In this document: one piece after another, positions 1 to 9,000 of the stretch
Position numbering within the stretch: position 1 is the first letter of the stretch
How the letters are laid out: every line of letters begins with the position of its first letter
Source of the DNA: a virus
Taxonomy: Duplodnaviria; Caudoviricetes
DNA: 64,000 nt
Strand: one strand, 5' to 3'
IMG/VR virus record: IMGVR_UViG_3300025084_000011
Coordinates: 19,534 to 83,533 of that record
The notes under the pieces: model-generated
The model's database searches: none
What the model was told of the DNA's origin: nothing
The model's input: the letters and a program-made list of their open reading frames with translations, nothing else
Program-made: the position numbers and the translations under genes

Positions 1-1
1 A

Positions 2-3000
2 ATCGGTCCTATCAACTCGATTCGACTAATTTCACCTGGTGGATTCTATAAGAAACTCCCAATCATCTCTGATATTGCTTCTGATCGTAAGATCGAGAAA
101 CTGCGTATCACTGCTGCTGGTACTGAGTATGCACCTGGTGTATACACTCAGATCAGTATTGATGGTGATGGTGAAGGTGCTTTGTGTAATATCACTGTTG
201 AACTTGATGCTGAGACTGGATCTGGTGCTATCAGCGATGTTGCACTTACTGATCCTGGTAAAGGTTATACCTTCGCTACTATTGACATCGATGGTATCCC
301 TGGAATCCTTGGAGCAACATTGGCAGGTTCTGGTGGTGCCATCGAGGTTGTCATTCCTGATGAAGGTACTGGTGCTGCTGTATTCTTAACAGGTACTCAG
401 ATTGGTAAGATCAAGACTCTGAAAAACAATGAGTTTGGTTATGGTTACTCCCATGACTATACTCTCCGTCCTGAGATTGCATTCCCAATCAACCTTCAAC
501 TGTTCAACACTTCTATTCTTTCACAGATCAAGATCACTAATCCTGGTGCTGGTTATACCTCTGCACCTGCTGTTCTGATCTCTGGTGGTGGTGGTGTTAA
601 TGCAGAAGCAGAGGCAGTTGTCAAGAACAACAGACTTTCTGAAATTCTGATCAAGAACCCTGGTTCTGGTTACTCTTCACAACCTATTGTTACCCTGAAA
701 TCAGAGTTCACATACGTTGTGAACCTTGACCTCAACTATTTGCAGTTCAACTTCCCACATGGTATTACCACTGGTGCTGAGGTTCAGTTCCGTGCTGATA
801 ACATCGGTTCAACAGAAGGCATCCTGCCGAAACCCAGTAGCGTTGGTTTGACCAGTTTGTCTGCTAGTCAGACTTACTATGCTATTGCTGGTGATGCAAA
901 CGGTCTTGAATCCGATCAACTTAGATTCGGTCTGACCCCAGTTGATGCTGAGTCTGGTAACTTCATCACATTCTTGACCCAAGGTGATGGTCGTCAGGTT
1001 CTTCTTACCGAGGTGTTCGGTGGACAAGCAGAAGCAGTGGTTGAAACTTCCAGATTCTTGGAAGGTGAGCAAGTGTTCCAAGGCGAAACCTTCGAGACTG
1101 CAACTGCATTTGGTATCGTTTCTGAAAACGATGGTTGGCAGATTCAACCTAAGATCCTTAAAGTTACCAATCCTGACGGAGACTTCGTTGTTGGTGGTAA
1201 AGTTCAAGGTATCATTTCTCGCGCTTCTGGTGTCATCGACAACCTGAACATCGCTAAGGGTGTTCTGAACATTGATGCTATCACTAAGACTGCTGGTAGA
1301 TTTACTGATGACGTTGGCAAACCTTCTGAAATTGTTCAGAAGATTCAAGACTCGTTCTTCTATCAGAACTTCTCCTACGTTATTAAGTCTCAGATTCCTA
1401 TCAACAAGTGGAAGAATCAGATTCTGGAAAACAACCACCCAGTTGGTTTCAGCATGTTCGGTCAGTTAGAACTGACTGGTGGTAAGGATATCTCTGGTCG
1501 TAAGGTTGCTGCTGACTTCACTAAGCAAGTTAACATCAATGAGTATACTAATGTCAATGAGATTACCTCATTCGGCGCTGCTCAACCAATCTATTCAACC
1601 TTCAATAACTCCGAAGTTCTCTTCCGTAAGAAGAGACTGACTAACTCTGAGGAAATTCTTACATCTATCGTTAAGAAGATTGATAGTATTTCTTCTCAGT
1701 TCGATGGTGTCACTAAGGCATTCCCAATTACAGTTGAAGGCAATCAAGTAATTGTTAACGAGAATCAACTTCTTGTTACTTTGAATGGTGTTATCCAATC
1801 ACCAGGCAATGCATATAATGTGGTGGGTGGTTCTATTGTGTTCTCAGAAGCACCTAGACCTGACTCCAAAGTGGTTTATAGGAATATCTCTTTTGATATT
1901 ATGCCTATCACCAGATTGAATCTGAATACTATTGCTGGTATCTTCCCATCAATTGGTGACACAGTTAATGGATTCACAACTCAAACAACAGCAAGAGTTG
2001 TTGCAACTGGTGCAACTAGTATCGACGTTGTAGACATCGGTTCTGGAACTGGAACATTCGATCTGAATGAGAGAGTTGACGTTGGTAGAACTGGGTTTAG
2101 TGCTCTTATCGGAAGTATCGATAAGTCATTCACTAAACTGTTCTTACAGAGTATTGGTGGTACATTCGGAACAATTTTAATCGGAGATATTGTAACAGGC
2201 CAAACAACTGGTGCAAGAGCAACTGTAACCTCTATTGATCTTACTGATCAGAGCATCCAAGTGACAGACATGTCTAATGGATACTTCGACCGTGGTGAGG
2301 ATATACAATTCTTTGCCGCTGGTTATGGCGCTAACATCTTGAATGTTGATAGTGTTAACTATAAGACTATCTTTGAGTTTGGCGAATCTCTTACAGGTCT
2401 TGACAATGATACTGCTATTGTTGAAGAGACCAACCTTGACCTTGATGGTAACGTCTCTGATAAGTTGGTATTGTCCAAGACCTCAGGAACTGCTGAGTAT
2501 GAGACTGGTGCATACAACCTTCTTCTCAATGATATCTTCTATTCTGCTTCATCTAACATTGCTGGTCGTATCACACAGATCTCACCTTATAGAGATCCCA
2601 TCACGAGCATCAATATCGAACGTCCTTCTACCGTTACTGGCGAATGGGCATCCTTCCAAGAAGGTGATCAATTCCTTGGTCTGACTTCTGGTGCAAGAGG
2701 TGAAGTTGTCAGAATTGACTATGAGGCATCACCACCTATCCTGTACTACCTCAGAAAGACTGAGCAGAACTTTAACTTAGATCCTAATACTATTGATCCT
2801 ACTGATGGTGATCAGACAGCAGTTTCTGAAACTGTACAAAAGTATGAAAATGATGTTAATGGTAATGAAGTTTTAGATTCCTTAACTGAGACTCTTCTTG
2901 GAGAAGCAAGGATTGGTGATGTGGTTGACACTCTGGTCATTAACAGAGGTTCTACATTCTTCGGTATGATCTTCGAGCGTTTGATCTCTCTGACTAATCA

Positions 3001-6000
3001 GAACCAAATCCTTGATGATGTTTCTAAGACTACTATCACCCCTGTTGAAATTCTTGACAGTTCTGATCGTATTAACGCTGACTTCCTTGACTTTGAAGAA
3101 GTTCGTTCTACTGAAATCGAATATGAAGATCTCACTGGCGGCACATTAGCAGTTGGCGATAAACTTCGTTCTATCCAAGTAACATATGGCAACCCAGTAA
3201 CAGATTCCCTCAACAGATGGAAAGATGCTGGTCGTATGATCGAGTTCAACAGACAGGAGATCGTTGACTTTGCTAATGCTGAGATTTCTGTTGAGCACCC
3301 TGCGTTCTACTATCCTGGTGACAACCAGACAGATCAGTTCAGCAGATTTGCAGATTCTTATCGTCTGATTGCTAAGAACAAAGAATACATCATCGCTAAG
3401 TCTTATGCAGACATGGTTGTTGAGTATCCTCTTCTGACCATACCTTCTTCTACCAAGTGTAAGAGAGATATTGGTAAGTATATTGACGCACTATCCATGG
3501 ACATGTTCCAAGGTGGTACTGTTTATACACGTAAACTTCTCCAATCCTATTTCAGTACAGATGGTCTGACCTTCCTGTATATTGACGGTGAAGAGCAAGC
3601 AACTGAATATGCGTTTGAGCAAGCACTCAACTATATGAAGGATGCTCTCACTAACATGCTCACAGGTAGTGAGGTTGTTGATGGTGTAACTTATGTCAAG
3701 TATGACGAGAGATCTAGTGGTGGATCTAGTGGCACTGGTATCACTGCTGACCCATCACCTGGTAATAATTATGGTACTGCTGGTTCCAATGCTATAAACT
3801 ATGGTGCTACAAATTGTTCTGATGTGCAGTCAGCACTCACAACTCTCTTTACTAACGTATCCGAAGTTCTGCTTGCAGGTTCACTATCTGATCTGATCGA
3901 TCTGTCAGAACCCAATACATACAGTGCAAACGAGACTAAGTGTCGTCGTGACATCGGTCTGATGGTCGATGCTCTCGCTGCTGATATTGCAGGTGATGGT
4001 AACTATCAGATTGTCGAATTTACTAAGAAATACTTCGATAACGCTGGAACACCTATCAGCAATGGTCTGGTTGGTGAAGTTGCTGAATCTCTTACTGCAT
4101 TCAGAAAAGCAGGCGAAATGTGCCGTAAGGCAATCAACAACCTTCTCTATGTTCAGGTCAATACCAGAACTGCTGAGACTGGTTATATGCTGAAAGATCC
4201 GACCACATATGCTGGTCCATATCTTGGTTCTTCGGGAACTGAACTGACTGAGTTTGATGTATCTAATGCTGCCTATGTGTCTGGCAGTGGCATCATGACG
4301 TTGACGATCGGTTCACACTCACTGACAACCAGCGACAGCATTACGATCAGACCTTACTCTTTACGTTTCACATGTAGTTCTGATAGTAATGCAACCTTCC
4401 ACGATTACCCACGTACTGGCGATCCTGCATTCAATACACCCCTGACTATCGATGCTGTAACTGCTACAACCATTGAAGTTAACGTTGGTGCATCACCTGC
4501 TGGACAACAGTACGCTCACACCTTCATCAGTGCTATCGATAACGCTGTATTCCAAGGTGGCGGTGGTGCTGCTGCATACTACGATCCTAACTACTACTCT
4601 GGTAGAAACGAAAGTATCCAACATTGTGCTGACGTTCAGGCAGGTATCCATACTCTGGTCGAACTGGCAGCAACTGCTATCGGCGCTGGTAGTCTCACTA
4701 GCATCAACAGTCTGGCAGTTGTCAGTGATGGTTCTTATCAGATCAACGAAAACCTACGTGTTTACAAACTATCCTACAAAGATCCTGGTGGAAATGGATT
4801 CTTCATCCCTGGTGATGTAATCAAAGGTGCAACATCTGGTGCAACATTCTTAGCGAAGGGTGCAAACTCTGGTTTGAAGTGGTTGTATACCAATTCAGTT
4901 ACTGGCACTTTCCAAGACAGAGAGATTCTTTCTAACACCAAATTGACTAGCAGCAATGCAGTCTTGACTGGGTTGATTAAGAAGTCTGGTTCTAAGTCTT
5001 TGAGACTTGATGCTGGTGGTTATCTGTCACATGAACTGAGCGAAGTTCAGAAGTTTGGAACTGATGATTTTACAATCGAGATGTGGATCAGACCTACAAC
5101 TCTGTCTGGTTTGCAGTATCTCTGGGATACTCGCACCAGTGGTGCTGCTGAGGTTGGATCTCCTGTTCTATATCTGAATGGTAGTAACATCTCTTGGTAC
5201 CTGAACGGTAGTGATCAAATCTCAGGTGCTCACAACTTAGGCACTGACGCTTGGCATCATATTGCTGTCAGCAGAACAACAAACATCACCAAACTTTGGG
5301 TGAATGGTACACAAGTTGGCGGCGACTTCACTGATAACACTAACTATCTGGAACGTGCATTCAAGATCGGTGCTGACTTAACAAATGCTAATGGATTTGT
5401 CGGTTGGATTGACAACATCATTATTAAGAAGGGTGTTTCAGACTATACTGCAACCTTTACACCTGGTTCTACCTATCCTACTACTACTAATGACATCTCG
5501 TTCGGTATGAGTATGGAACTGCCTCTGATCATGAGTGATCAGGAAAGATATGGCGTGTATACTGGTCAAACTAACTCTTCTGCAACTGCTAAGAGTATTG
5601 ACTTTGATAATAAGCAGTTCATCATTGAAGATATTAACCTCGCACGCGATGAGCATCGTAAGTGTGCAGATCTTATCGAACTTAACTACGACTGGATCGC
5701 ACAGGTTGCTATCGGTTTGATGAAGGAGAAGTATTCCGACTTCCTCATCCCTGGCGATACTCTTGATGGAGTTGGAACACAGCAAGGTACTAACAAGTGC
5801 TTGCGTGACACCAAAGAATACATCTTGAAAGCAATCGTAGAAGACATTAAGTATGGTGGTAACTATAACAGCGTCATCGCTGGTAGAGGTTATCTGACTA
5901 AGGATGGTGGTCTAAATTATGTGGGTAATGAACTCCTACAATCTATCTACACTTGGACAGAACTTGCTAATGTTGTTAATTATGTAATTACTACTACTAG

Positions 6001-9000
6001 TGGTGATCTTGAAACCTATAACGGTACTAAGTATACTGAACTTCTTCGGATTCCTAACAACTTTACATCACCTGCATCTACCGCTGTAACTGACGAGATC
6101 ACTGCTCTTTCTAATACTATTGCAGATATCATCGGACCTACTGGTGATAGATTCCGTGATGCAGGCGATATGATCTGGAAGAACCGTAGTTACATTGCAG
6201 AAGAAACTGTTGGTTACTTGCAGGCAAACTACATTAAGGAAATCAATGGCACTACTTACGATTTCCTGACAATGCCTGGTTATGGCGACTCCTACTGTGA
6301 GCGCGATATCAAGCAACACATTCTGCCTGCTGTTGTTACTGACTTGATCACTGGTGGCAACTCTGCTACCCAGTATGTGATTGATCAGTACATCAATGTC
6401 AACGATCAGATCATTCACATTGAGAATGAACTTGGTCCAATGTTGGATGCCTTCACCTTCATTAAGAAGTTGGTACATCATGCAGTTAACAACACTCTTC
6501 TAAGCAAGGGTACGACTGCTGCTGAGTTCAGTGTTGATTTTGAATATCAAGATGATTACTATATTGCACAATGGACCGATCTTCCTGCATACAAAGATAA
6601 CACTCTAATCATTGATAGTAAGGGTTATGAAGGTGGTAACAGTTCTGATGTCAACAAGAATCTTGATGTTGCTGATCTGATTGAAGCAAACAAGCATGTA
6701 ATCGCAAGAGAAGCGGTTTACACGATGAACGATATGTCCAAGTATTTGGATCTTGCCGTTCCTGGTGGTGCTCAAAATTGTATTGATGATGTGATTGACG
6801 TTCTTGATGCTGTGATCCATGACATGAGATTCGGTGGCAACTCCAAGACTTGGGACGCTGCTGCACTCTACCTGAATGAAGAAGATGACAGTTTGAAGCA
6901 CATCGAAGGTGAAGTTGACGCTTCGATCGATGTATATAAGATTGCTGCTGAGATCTGCATCCTAACGATGCGTAATGGTTTCGGTCGCGACAACCTGTAT
7001 ATCTACCAAGAAGATGGTGGTGTGGATCCTGTCACTGGTCAACCAATCAGTGGCGGTTCTTCTCTCGATTCTGTTGATGTCAGCACTTATGAAAGAAATG
7101 GTGCTGATGACCGTTTCGTTGATGCTGGAAATGTCATTGATAGAAACATCCGCTTGATTGCTGAGGAAGCAGTTGCACAGGGTCTTGCCCAATATCCTTC
7201 ACTAACTATCAACGGATCTGGTGGCAGTGGTGGTGTCAAGAAAACTCCTACTTCTGCAACATATAACCAGGCAAATGGTGATATGACACTGACAGTTGTT
7301 GGTCATGGACTTTCTACTTCTGATAGAGTAACCATCAAACCTGGTAGCATCGTCTTCACATGTACCAGTAATGCTAACGCTACTGAACATGCATACCCAA
7401 GACAAAGCGACCCCGCGTATAACACATCATTAGCCATTAGTGCTGCTACAACGGACACATTCACCGTGAACGTTGGCGCTGCTGCTGCTGAGTACCAATA
7501 TGCACACACATTCGTTTCTGCTCAGCAAGACGCTGTGGTGACTAACGGTTACATTGACTGTGTTCATGACGTGACTGACGTTCTGTCTGCCATGGTATGG
7601 AACTTGAAGTATGGTGGTAACAATAAGGTCTTCAAGTCTGCTGAACTGTATGTCTCTGGTAGTAACCTACAACATATCGTAGGTGTTTCTACTGAGTCTA
7701 TCTGGATTCTGAACAAAGCAAGAGATCTTGCAATTCAGGCAATGAGAGATGAGACCATCACGATCACTGCTGCTCATGGATTCTCTCAGAAGACATACAC
7801 AGATCTAGATTACTTCCCTTACAGCGAGGGTGGTTATGCGATCACAGTCGATACTGACTCACCTAAGTGTGCAGACGTTGCTTCGGCAATCACCTCTATG
7901 ATGTCGATTGTTACTGACACAATCACTACGCCTGCAAGTATCGAAGACGGTACAATCACTAAGACTCTGCCATTCATCTGGCCTGTCAAGTATTCACCCG
8001 AATATGTCCAACGTGACGTGTCGGTTACGTATGAAGATGGTTCAGATTGGAATCAAGTTTGTGCTACTCAGGCAACAAATATTGAGACTTTGTTCGATAT
8101 TGTTATCGATACAATCAGCACAGCAAATGCTGGTAATGCAAGTTACCTCAATGGTGTTACTCGTGATACAGGATACAATGCCAACACAGATTATCAGTAT
8201 TACACATGCTACAACGTCACCTCAGCATCTGACACTCTCTTTGAGTTGATGGAAGAGACACTTGGTGGTGGTAGTAAGTCTGATAAGGCAGTTGCACGTC
8301 GCATCTTGTGGAACAAGCACGCAGTTTCCCTGAAAGCATTCTCCGAAGTTCAAACAGCATATCCAGCAACTCTTGCCGAACAGTCGTTTGGTGATGCATT
8401 GCTTGATGGTCTGCTTTATGACCTGAATACTGGTGGTAACATCGGTATCCTGAGAATCGTGAATACTTGGTTTGATGGTGAGGGCAACTTCATCGCATTC
8501 CCCGATGTCACTAAGCAACATCTTCTCTGGTATGTAACTCGCATCAGTGAGTATGCCAAGCGTATTCTGGATGACTACAATGACAACCTGGTTGGTGGTG
8601 AGTGGTATGGATATGACATCTACTTAGATGAGACTCATATCAACACTGGCGCTATCGAGCATAGATTTGAATATGAGCAAGAATCTACTCAGTTTAAGAT
8701 TGATAGTTCTCTCAATGCTGCATACTTTGCTATCAGCAGAGGTACACCTCCTGCACAAAACAGTGTTCAGTGGACCAATAATGTTCATGCTAATAATGCA
8801 CAGAATCTATATGACGAAGGTAATGATTGGAACACTGATCCTGATCTGATCATCAACACACCTACTGTTGAAGTTGGTTTTGAAAGAAGAGAGAACAGAA
8901 TTATTATTCAACGTCCTAACTTCTACTCACGCGGTGATATTCTGCAATATGCAATTGCATCTGCTGATGTTGAATCTGCTTTCGCTAATCAAGATTACTT

